DNA of 63,201 nucleotides from the NCBI GenBank assembly GCA_002269645.1, contig NIVC01004042.1:1-63201 (forward strand). Direction: 5' to 3'. Shown here piece by piece: positions 35,211-57,400 of the stretch. The notes under the pieces were generated by a model. The model was given only the letters and a program-made list of their open reading frames with translations, made no database searches and was not told the origin of the DNA. Position numbers and translations under genes: made by a program. Every line of letters begins with the position of its first letter. Positions within the stretch are counted from its first letter, which is position 1. The DNA is from Macrostomum lignano (lineage: Eukaryota).

Positions 35211-36451
35211 CGGGTTAGCCAAGGAAGGGTTTTGTGTTCAAGCACCTATCTAACCTCGGCATATATACGAGTATGTGGATCGTTTGTTGGCGCAGAGTTG
35301 CCTCTTTAGCTTGTAGACTAAAACAAACTCGGCTTGCTTTTTGACCTGCCAAAATTACTTAGTCTCATAGTTGGCACAACACGGGCCACTCAGATTGGAC
35401 CACGACTGCAATTTGCGATGCTGTTCAGCCGCTCAAAACTGCTATCTTTCCCAGAAACAGATAGCGTCACACTGGCGTATATAGACTTGCTATCAAAGTT
35501 AAACTTATTACTGCGGCGGTGTACATTCAGTTGGGCCCCTCGGATTTATGGTTTGATGATTCCGTACATATTACGAGTACAGGATTCATCCATAGCCTCT
35601 GGCTTGAGTTCGGGCGCGTTGCTCAGGAGTCGAGAATGTAGTTGTCACTCAAAGTGCAGACTAGTGCACGGAATCAATAAGTATCCTGATCTCTGCAAGC
35701 ACCCTGTACGTACTTGCATTGCCTTGGCGCAAGCGACGCAGGTATGTAGGTACATGTACACGAAGCCACGGCATGTACGTACGCATTCTTGGCGCAAGCG
35801 AGCAACCTGTTTTTAAATCCAGGCGTATGAAAACAAATAAAAGTTAAATAACAAAACATGTTTTTCTATTTTTTTTCCCGTACTACACTGTAGATAGATA
35901 ACAGCTCGTAAAATGCAGAACGGATCTCAGTGGGCCGATAAATAAGTTAATATATTTAAAACCAAATATAACCAGCTATTACGCAATCAATAAGTAACAC
36001 CAAATAGCAGGGGCATCGCCAAAAAGGGGAGGGAGTCATGTCTATCAAAAACTTTCCAGTAGTGTGGACGCGCATCGTTGGTATTTTTTTAGTTTATGAA
36101 AGAGACAAGTGAGACAACAGCCACATTAAGCGTTGCGCCGTTGTCAAGCGAGTCCCAAAGATGTATGAGTTCTCTTATTCGACTAAAAACTACTGAAAAG
36201 TTTTGCTTCTAATCGTAGTCGGCGTTTTCACTAACAAAATAAAAGTGTAATCGCTCTTCCCAAAGCCTCAATAGCTGAGTGGCTCATATCTAGGGAATAT
36301 AGGATCTATGGTGTAGTTCTACTTCTACTTCAGTTGTCCATGGCTCTATCCATGACCAAATAAACGAAAATAGACTCTTATTACACTTTGAATTTTTTCT
36401 TTGTCCCTGCCCCTATGGCGACGCCTCTAACAGAAGAGTCAATGCCAGTCA

Positions 36452-47528
<11,077 letters not shown>

Positions 47529-50087
47529 TCAGTTGGTGTAAGTAGTCGACTAGAGAGTCTGGTATAGTTTTCTATGCATCAAAATGTGAGTTTAATTTTA
47601 TTTTAGTACACAGGATAGACTTTTTAGCACTCGTCAACAACTAGCTCAACTGAACTCACGCTGTCACGAGATTTAAATGCTACTCCATGCCAATCGGTGA
47701 TTCACGGGTTCGAAGGGTTTATCAACCACTTAGTGACCAGGATGCTACACAGAGGCGTAGCCAATTGGGGGGGGGGCTTTACAGTATAGCTTTGGGGCTT
47801 TACAGTGTAGGGCCCTACTACACCCTTGGCACTACTACACCCCTACTTTGATGATGCCGCGACTAGCTACATCACTTCTGCCCGCTCGTGGTTTTTCGAG
47901 GGGGTAGCGCTGTTGCTGAGTGTATATAGAGGAATCTATTGAAGTTTGCCTATTGGATAGAATAAAATTGATAATGATGAAGGAATGCCAAGCTGCTATC
48001 AAGTGCAACAATCAAATCCAACCGCTTATACCTACGAGTAATACAATCAGGATCATGGGTATAAAGTTAAAGCCTTGTCAGTCACAAAATTTTTGAAAAA
48101 GATGTAACAAACGCAAGTTAAAATTGTCGGTTTAAATGTGCTTAATAAAAACAACTTCAGAAATCTGTTCAGAATGAACTACTTTATAGTATATTTCAGC
48201 TGATAATAAAACTTATCTTCAAAATTGTGCAGACACCCACGGTTTATTAAATAATTTATCTGGCTTTACAACTCACGAACGGGAAAATGAAATTAATTAA
48301 CTTACTAGATCTAAAGTTACAAAAAACTATGCTGCAAAAAAACTGAGCAACTTAGTCAACCGTGCTTGCGATCCTCAGTCAAGTCAACGGTTTGGGAAAA
48401 AAAGAAACAAATAGAAAACACACGACAATCTATATTCAGTATACTTAATAGTGGTTGCATTAAGGTTCATTTTATACCGCCATTAGATGAGGCATCAGTT
48501 TACATCTGATGTACAACGCGACGAAAAATTATGTACACGCCACACAATGTGACCGTGCAAAATTGGCCGTATTTGATGGCGGCGTTAACAAGACTTGAGA
48601 GAGGCTGATGTAAAAACGAAAATATTTTTTTAAACTTGCTCGCTGGACATAGATCTAGGTGGGCTAGGGAGGAAGGACTGTCCAGAAAATCGATAGTACA
48701 ATTAATTCTCAAACAGCACGACCGGGGATAGAAAAATGGGTTGGGGTGGGGCTGATGGCTGACCAAAAAAATCGATAAAACCTTCAACCAGTGATATGGG
48801 ACAGGAAGGGATGGGAGGGAAGGTTGTAGAGGGCTTGGCCTTGGGGGCCTTGGGGCTGACCATAAAATCGATAAACCCACCCCATTAAACATACGTTTAA
48901 TATAAGTGTTTTCCAGATTTAAAAAAATTATGCTGTTAAAGCTACTGGATTGAGATAATAAAATCACAGCTTTTTACTATTAAATTAGACTATTATAGAT
49001 CTTAATATGCAGACATTTTAGCACAGAACTATAAAATGGACGGCAAAAAATATAAACTGTTGTATTGCGTGCACCAGAATCGGTTTGCGCATTTATTGCA
49101 GATTTATACTTACTTATGCTACTTAGCTCATAGTACACTGTAGTAGTATACATGGAGTCTTGACAGCTGTACAATTCTCGTACGAGCGTATATCAAATCG
49201 AAGCAGACAACGAATGAATCTGCGCGTTATCATGATGCGACACAATGGTCTACATGACTAGAAAACAAAATGACAAAAAACTTGTTTCACCAGACCAGAC
49301 CAGGGAAAACTAATAAATAAAGTTTAGCAACCGAAAGCGTGCGCCATATGCCATTAGCAAAATTGGATATAAATATTGCAGGCTGGAATGTGGAAACGGA
49401 GCAGAGAAAAAATACAAGATTGAAAAACATTTCAAAATTGTTAATCATAAAGAGCATCTGAGTGATCGGAATTAATTGACAACTTGTGAAAGTCTTAATA
49501 AAGCACTATACGAGTAAAGGAAATCGAAAATGTAAAAAACGCAAATTATGTCAGATACAAAAATATTCAATAAAAGCAAGCTGCAACAAAAATAAGAAGC
49601 AAAAATAGGTTTTTTATTCATCGAAACTGTTAAATTCACAACTGCAACAAACTGCCAGTTATTCTGTGATTGAACAGAGACAATCAACAGAAGAGTTATA
49701 TCTGAAAAAATTAGGCTGTATATCCAAGGTAGGAAATTGAACAAAAAAAAACACTCGAGATACCAAGGCCCAGTAACTCTTCTGCTTATCTCTAGTAGAT
49801 AGGCAATTAGGCTTCAATAGAGCTTTTATCAACGACAATAGACAGATGGAGTTGGCGATGCACTAACAAAAACATACACGATTCTTTCACTCTTCATACA
49901 ATCTGTTTATGTGTAATATGAATTTTGGAATGTGTGGAATGTGATAGTACTAGCTAAAACATATTGCCATTTCGAATGTGCTTTCTTTTCCTTTTAAAGC
50001 GTTGCATTTCGGAGCTTTGGGTAACTTTGGGAAACACGAACTTTTACACGAATATAGACAGTAGGACAAAGAAGCACAATTCATAAT

Positions 50088-51773
50088 TTAGAAGGCTTCA
50101 GTCCTGTCTCCACCCAGGCCTAGCTGGGAAGCGCTAGACGGGCCAGCACCGAAGGCAGTCACATCGTAGCGCTTGTTTGTCTGGGCAATATAAGCCGTAG
50201 GATGCGGCGCGGTGTCCACAGTGTACATGCACCGACTGTCGGGCCTCTGGCTCAGTCTGGGCAACAAGCAGGCGAATAGAAAGTGCGCCAACACTAGAAT
50301 GGCCGCCACTGGGCAGGCTGACGTCATGACGGCCATGTGCTGGCGGACGGCGAATTTCACCGGCCCAATACAGCCCTGGCCGTGCACTCGGTAGGGCGAG
50401 GACGACGATTTGCCGTTTAAAGACAGGCCACTAACTGGGACGCAGTTTGGTCCGCCACTGCCATTGTTGCTACCCGACTGTTGCCAGTTGTGAGACGGAC
50501 AGGTGCAAGAGCTAGGCGCAATCAGGATTAGCTCGGCAACAACTGACACGCCTGTGCCTGTACCGGACGCTGTGGTAGTAGCGTCTTCAACGGTGGACGA
50601 TGACTCGCTAGGCGTTGGCGCGTCACTTGTTGACAAATCGGACGGCGTGACAGTCTCGTCAAAGAGGTTGGCAGAGACGGTCGCGGCGAGTCGTAGTAGC
50701 GAGTTCCGTTACGATAAGAGTACCAATCGGCGTAGGACTCAGCGCCGCAGCAGCCGAATATGGACTGGAGCGATTCCCAGCACAGCAGGACGCTGGACGC
50801 TGTGGTGACAGCGATGAAGAGGAACCGGCACCGCCGCTGCCTCCTTCGCCTCTGTTTAGGCCGTCCATATAGTCTAGCTTGGCTTGAACAAACAGGCTCT
50901 GCACCTCTTGAGCCGTGTCTCGGGCCTAAAAATGTTTAAACACAAGTAAAAATGAATATGTTAGCCCGGGAGATCTCTACGACAAGGGTATTTACGTCCT
51001 AAAGAAGCCCTTTGTTAACAACGATCTTCCCTATATTCCGTCCAAATATTTGCATCTGCAGAAGCTTCTTTGGATTTCTATTGCACGTAAACAAAAATAC
51101 CTTTGATTAAATGACACAAAAGGTTCCCAAAAAGAAAAATTCCCATACACGATCGACTTCCAAGTTACTGTAGCTGCGCAGAGTTGAACCCAGGCAGTTT
51201 GACGAAAGTCAGGCGCGTTTAAGCGCTGAGCTACTCCCTACTGAAGCTTAAGAGAATCTGAAAAGAAAACGCACCTGCGCCTCGTTGCCATATTTAGCAG
51301 ACAAAACCAGAGTTCCAAACAGGCCGCACACGGACAATACAAGCAGCGCCAGCAGGACGGTGGTCACCTGCTGCATCAGAGCCTGCTGCTGCTGCTGCTC
51401 CGGCTGTTGCTGGTGCTCTGGCTGTTGCTGATAGCGCTGCTGCATACAGCAGATAAATAGCAGGCCGAGCATGCCGGAAGCCAGCAGCAGGATACCGAGG
51501 CTAAAAATATCCACATCGGAGCGTAATAAGCGCAAACACTGGGCAGGTCCAGAGCCGGATGCCAAGCAGCCAGGCTGACAGGCCCAGCAGGGTGAGGCCG
51601 GCTATCAGAAAGGAGGCATAGAAGGCGCACAGACAGAGGCCGAGTAGCTGCGAGCGGAACGGCTGATCGCGCAGCCCACCGCCGCTGCCGCCGTCGCCGC
51701 TCGGCTCGGAGACAGCGTCAACGTCACGACTGTCGAAGCTTTCGTGTATTGTAGCAATCCGACGGCCCGACAT
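50088..51773 (-). CDS. Divergent tetraspanin, interrupted by three frame breaks in this sequence (assembly errors or pseudogene)
   Basis: Exon 51773-51275 carries TM1-TM3 (FLIAGLTLLGLSAWLL; SLGILLLASGMLGLLFICC; VLLALLVLSVCGLFGTLVL). Exon 50925-50088 carries the large loop with WESLQSIFGCCGAESYADW, APSSCTC and GQGCIGPV, then TM4 (AVMTSACPVAAILVLAHFLFACLL). These pieces lie in different frames. Confidence 0.75.
51169..51237 (-). mobile_element. Degenerate tRNA-like SINE head in the tetraspanin intron
   Basis: GGAGTAGCTCAGCGCTTAAACGCG...GGGTTCAACTC gives A- and B-box-like motifs without a sound cloverleaf. Confidence 0.4.
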
Positions 51774-52290
51774 GTCGATAGTTGACAAGAGCAGTCAGGT
51801 CAAGATTAGGTAAGCTCGAGCTTGTTAGAGTTTAAGCAGAAATACAACCCAAGTCTTGCCAGTAAATAATGAATTTTAATAAGCATCATGTAGTCTACTA
51901 CATCATACCCTATCTATATTACTTATAGCGGACACATAAAACTTGTTAAAAACCCTACTGAGATTATTCAGGATTATGAAAGCTACCACACACTACTACT
52001 GAGATGATCACGTGCTCTAGGGAAAGCCGTCCCATACTACTGAGATGATTATGAATTCTGACACTATCCTACAACAATCTACGACTTTCAGTCAATGCAG
52101 CAAATTTAATCTGAAGTGACTGGAACTATGCTTCACCCCTGTACAGCAAAAATTTATACAGTTAAATAAGATAAGAAAACACATGGAAATTATTCCGCAA
52201 TATAAATTTCTAATTTCATTCAGCATACCCGTATACTCGCGAATGCACACCAGTGTATTATAATAGTAACAATTAGCTATGCTCAAACAA

Positions 52291-52710
52291 CTAAGAATAC
52301 AATGGCATGCGCTGAAAGTGCACAGGCAAAGACGGATAGAATCTCGGACAGCTGGCCGAGTCCATCAACGAGTGCAGATGAGAAAACCAACGGGTGATGT
52401 TAGCAAACCGCTCTTTCTCCTGACAAGTCCAACGTTCCGTAACATAGCCGCCAAGGTCTTTGTACAGCAGCAGATCGATAGCTGTTAACCGTTCCCCTAA
52501 CAGGTAGGTCTGCCCAGCCAGGTAGCGTTCGTTAAGCAGCCGCAACGCTCTCTGCTCGTCCGCTTCATTGGCCATGCGCCTGAGCTGCAGAGCTCGGAAC
52601 TCGAGCAGCTCGTAAGTGAGCAGTTCTTCGTCCGGCGTGGCGAAAGTCAATTTTCGGCCGGCCAGAGAGCCGCCGAATTCGCGCACCGTAGCCTGGTATG
52701 GGGCGAGCAT
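52291..52710 (-). CDS. EEF1E1: EEF1E1/AIMP3 (p18)-like GST C-terminal-domain protein of the multisynthetase complex; possibly missing a 5' exon
   Basis: LNERYLAGQTYLLGERLTAIDLLLY and TCQEKERFANITRWFSHL match the AIMP3 pattern (L..KVYL.G..FTLADILLY; TVQEKEKY.NVSRWF.HIQ). Confidence 0.7.
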   Translation of the reverse strand: MLAPYQATVREFGGSLAGRKLTFATPDEELLTYELLEFRALQLRRMANEADEQRALRLLNERYLAGQTYLLGERLTAIDLLLYKDLGGYVTERWTCQEKERFANITRWFSHLHSLMDSASCPRFYPSLPVHFQRMPLYS

Positions 52711-52954
52711 GGCAACGGCGGACAGAGCAGCAGCTCAGGAAGCTGAGAAGCTGCTCAGCATGCAACAATGCACGAGGGACGAGCAAACTCTAATAAGAAT
52801 TGTTGCAAGCAATGGAGAGCTGCAAGCACATACAGCAAGTCTGTAAACCAATAATCCTTGATTTATTTATTATATTAAAGGTCACAACCTGATTAGACAA
52901 GGACGATTTAAGTAGTATGATTAGCACTTAATTTATTTCGTGAAATGAAGAAAC

Positions 52955-52990
<36 letters not shown>

Positions 52991-53047
52991 TAACCAGTAT
53001 ACTTTTTGTTTTTTTGCAAAAAAAGTAAGACAACCACTGTACCCTCA

Positions 53048-53700
53048 CAGTGGCCCTAGAGACACCAGACACATTGGCCCTAGAGACCCCAGACACATTG
53101 GCCCTAGAGACACCAGACACATTGGCCCTAGAGACCCCAGACACATAGGCCCTAGAGACACCAGACACATTGGCCCTAGAGACACCAGACACATTGGCCC
53201 TAGAGACCCCAGACACATTAGCCCTAGAGACACCAGACACATTGGCCCTAGAGACACCAGACACATTGGCCCTAGAGACACCAGACACATTGGCCCTAGA
53301 GACACCAGACACATTGGCCCTAGAGACCCTAGACACATTGGCCCTAGAGACCCTAGACACATTGGCCCTAGAGACCCTAGACACATTGGCCCTAGAGACC
53401 CTAGACACATTGGCCCTAGAGACCCTAGACACATTGGCCCTAGAGACCCTAGACACATTGGCCCTAGTGACCCTAGACACATTGGCCCTAGAGACCCTAG
53501 ACACATTGGCCCTAGAGACCCTAGACACATTGGCCCTAGAGACCCTAGACACATTGGCCCTAGAGACCCTAGACACATTGGCCCTAGAGACCCTAGACAC
53601 ATTGGCCCTAGAGACCCTAGACACATTGGCCCTAGAGATCCCAGACACACAGAGCCCCAGAGCCCCAGAAACAGTGGCCCTAGAGCGCTAGACGCAGTGG
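53048..53700. repeat. 24-bp minisatellite between SRBD1 and EEF1E1, plus (CA)n at 52960-52988
   Basis: Unit GGCCCTAGAGACACCAGACACATT / GGCCCTAGAGACCCTAGACACATT, about 26 copies in two variant blocks. Confidence 0.95.
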
Positions 53701-54442
53701 CCCTAAACCAAAAATGTGTATCTATAAGACTCAACCTAGTTGAATGCTCTTTAATTTTTAGAAAAATAAGCCATAGAAGTGAACTCTCACCAATAGTTTA
53801 AAAAATGAGTATAACGGTTTTACTTGTTTCTTTGCAAGCAATAGTAAAATATACTGTATTAGAATAACTTGCTTACAAGAGAGAAAATGCTAACAATGAA
53901 AGAAGCTTTTAATCGCAGTTAATATTGGCACTCTAAGAGCTGGCTGTCTCATTCTAAGACTATAGAGTTTGATGCGTTTTCTGTAAAGACATATCTTTCT
54001 TAGTGCAAAATATCAGTGCAGAAAAGTACCAGCAGCGACTCACTACAGTTTAACAAGTAGTATAAATGTAGCAGGACGTAATATTTCAAACTGCAGAAAA
54101 TTATGAGAAGGCTCAACCTCGCTTGCAAATGATTTTAATTTTCTTAATTTATAACTTAAATTAACTTACTATTAACTATTAATCTGTGTTGCAATTATGG
54201 ATAACTAAAATCAAAGGACGCTATGCTCGCAAATGGGCAATATCTCACCTTTTGGAATTCCAAATTGCGTGCCTGTGCCCCATCTCTCCCCGAGGTGAAT
54301 TTGCAAGTTTGTCAAACTATTTTTCCTGCAAGCTTCCAGTGTTCTTATCTGGCGTTCAGCAAAATTTTGCACGGTTTGCAAGTACAGCATCTTTCTACAT
54401 TAGTTGTCCATGGCTATGTTCTTGTACAGTGGCCATCAGCAA

Positions 54443-57400
54443 TCAGCTGAACTGCATATCCCTTAACCGAATCTCCTCCTTAGCCGGATCAACCGAGTCA
54501 ATAACGGCGATAAACCTGGCGCCCAGATGAAGCCGACTGCGCCCGGCCGGGTCCCGAGGATACCTGCTGACGTGCAGCAGAGCCGAGCAGGCGCAGCCAA
54601 TATCGCAGAAGGCGCCAAATTCAGCTACATTTTTTATTACACCGGCGACGGACTGGCCGGCCGACAACGAGGCAACGTCGGTGACGCCGTCTAAGAATAG
54701 CGGCGCGCCTGGCTGCCCAGCCTCCGCCGATGTCGGACCGGCACCGGCTAGCAGTTCCAGAAGGCGCCGGTCATCGTCTGAATAGTCGGCATTAGCTGCC
54801 GACTGCTCGAGGAACTGACGACAAACTGTCGACAAATTGGGCGCGTCAGAGCGCAAACCCAGCCGAGCTAGCAGGCGCTCAGCTGCCGCGTAGGACTCCG
54901 GATGGACGCAGGTGGCGTCCAGCGGATTGGGTCGGTAGCTGACCGCCGACCGCTTGGCCCGCTTCCCGCCGGCCGTGTCCGGGCCGTCGTCGGTTGTCCG
55001 TTTTCGCTTGCCTCCCTTTGCAGCGGCTGGCGGAGGCGGCGCCGGCAGAGGCTGAGAACAGTCGTCAATGTCCATAGGTTCCTCCTGGTGCTGGTCGGGC
55101 ACCTGCCGAAATGAAAATTAGTCATGTTGTTAGGAGTTGCTTAGATGGTAGGGAGGAGAGTGGGAGACAGATTCACCTGGGTATGGTGGGGAGAGTGGGA
55201 CACTGATTCACCTGGGTATGGTAGGGAGGAGAGTGGGACACTGATTCACCTGGGTGTGGTAGGGAGGAGAGTGGGAGTAGATTCAGATTAACAAAAAAGT
55301 GAAGATTTAGAGATGGTATCCCGACAACTCTGCTACAAGAGCAGGTCAACAGAGAGAAGACAGAGGCCCATTGCGCACCGAGTGATCCCCGCTGGCCGGT
55401 GCCGGCGGAAGGACGCGAACAAATCCGGCGCACTGGTCGAAGATTGCCGGCCCGATGCCGCGTACCTCGCGCAGCTGGTCGCGGCACACGAAGGCACCAT
55501 TGGAGCGGCGCCAGGCTGCGATTCGAGTTGCTAGGCCGCGGTTAAGTCCGGCAACGTGGGCTAACAGGTGCTCGGGTGCGTAGTTAAGATCGACGCCGGC
55601 GAAACTGATCACCTCCTGTTGGACGGCGAGTGCCCGACGCTCCAGCGCCTTCTCGCTGATGTCGTGCTGGTACATACCGACGCCCAGATGGCGGGCGTCC
55701 AGCTTGGCCAGCTCAGCTAGGGGGTCCTGACCGGGAAACAGAAGCTTTTTATTAGAGACAAGAGGCAGGATTGTCACACAGCCGGCGAGAGGCATTACTG
55801 CCCATTCCATAGACTCCTCTGAGCAGGCACACAAATCATGTACACTTCACTGTGCCTTAGGGGGAGGGGTTGGCTCTCAAGGGCGTTAATTGCACGAGCA
55901 GAGCCAAGCCGAGATTCCAATTAATGTGACTGCATTTGGAATCGAGCCTGGACCGCTGGCACATCAGAGCGCCGCGCCAGACCACTGGGCTAAGTTTTAA
56001 TACTTATTGTTAATCATCATATTCATGATCATATTCAGGTTCATGAGGTAATATCGGAGCGGACAGGCAAGGGACACCCAACGAGATAAGAGTGTTAAAG
56101 TGACACACCTGATACTACCCACAAAACTGATCCAAAACACCCCAGCTAACCCTAACTGAACCCTATACGAATTAGTCTGTCACGTGATTGAAACCAACCT
56201 GCAGTCGGCGAGCGATTGACACGGCACCCCGATGGGCGATGTCCACATTTGGTAGTTCTTTAACAGCCAGATCGGAGGCGCTGTACACCGAGGCGCCGTC
56301 CTCTGATACCAGAGCGTAGCGAACTCCGCCAGGCAGACTGGGCAAGCAGGCGGAGACGAATTGCATAGACTCGCGCTTGCCCTGTGGTTAAGTGGGGTGT
56401 GCTTGAAATTGGGGCCTGCGGTTTGGTCTGAGTGGTCTGAGAGTTGTCTGAGGTTTGGGGAAAAGGACAGTGTCTGTGGTTTGGGGGACAAGGACAGTGT
56501 CTGTGGTTTGGGGGACAAGGACAGTGTCTGGGGTTTGGGGGACAATGACAGTGTCTGGGGTTTGGGGGACAGCGTCTGTGGTTTGGGGGACAGTGTCTGG
56601 GGCTTGGGGACAGTGTCTGTGGTTTGGGGGACAGCGTCTGTGGTTTGGTGGACCGTGTCTGGAGCTTGGGGGACAGTGTCTGTGGTCTGGAGGATAGTGT
56701 TTCTGTGGTTTGGGGACAGCGTCTGTGGTCTGGAGGGATAGTGTTTCTGTGGTTTGGGGGACAGTGTCTGTGGTCTGGAGGGATAGTGTTTCTGTGGTTT
56801 GGGGGACAGTGTCTGTGGTCTGGAGGGATAGTGTTTCTGTGGTTTGGGGGACAGCGTCTGTGGTCTGGAGGGATAATGTCTGTGGTTTGGGGGACAGCGT
56901 CTGTGGTTTGGGGGACAGCGTCTGTGGTTTGGGGGACAGCGTCTGTGGTCTGGAGGGATAGTGTTTCTGTGGTTTGGGGGACAGCGTCTGTGGTCTGGAG
57001 GGATAGTGTTTATGTGGTTTGGGGGACAGTGTCTGTGGTTTGGGGGACACTGTGTTAGATTCTAGGGACACCGTGCCTGAGGTTCGGGTTTAGGGGCGAA
57101 TTTTTCAGCAATCAGGCTCACCTGTCCATCGCCGATAGCAATGTAGCGAAAGCCGCCGCTCCGCTTATACAGGCCGACCAGGGCTGCACAGGCGGCGGCT
57201 TGTCGCTGCTGCCGCCGTTAATATGCAGCGTCTCCGTGGCAACTACGCCGCCAGAGGCGTCAATTACGGCCAGCTTGCAGCCGTGCCTATAGCCAGGATC
57301 CCAGCCGGCTATCTGACAGCCGCGCACAGGCGACTGCAGCAGCAGATGGCGCAGATTGTCGGCGAACACGCGCAGCGCCTCCTCCTCGGCGAAGCGGGTC

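Noticed and set aside
33923-35816. ORFs 33923..34297 (-) and 35334..35816 (+)
   Set aside because: No recognisable motifs, non-ATG or weak starts, and intergenic/UTR-like composition.
36008-36429. Possible MITE with 14-bp TIRs (CAGGGGCATCGCCA / TGGCGACGCCTCTA)
   Set aside because: Three mismatches in 14 bp and no target-site duplication; too weak without a genome search.
48500-49744. AT-rich ORFs between the tetraspanin and DUS2
   Set aside because: Low-complexity hydrophobic translations typical of non-coding AT-rich DNA, with no splice or motif support.
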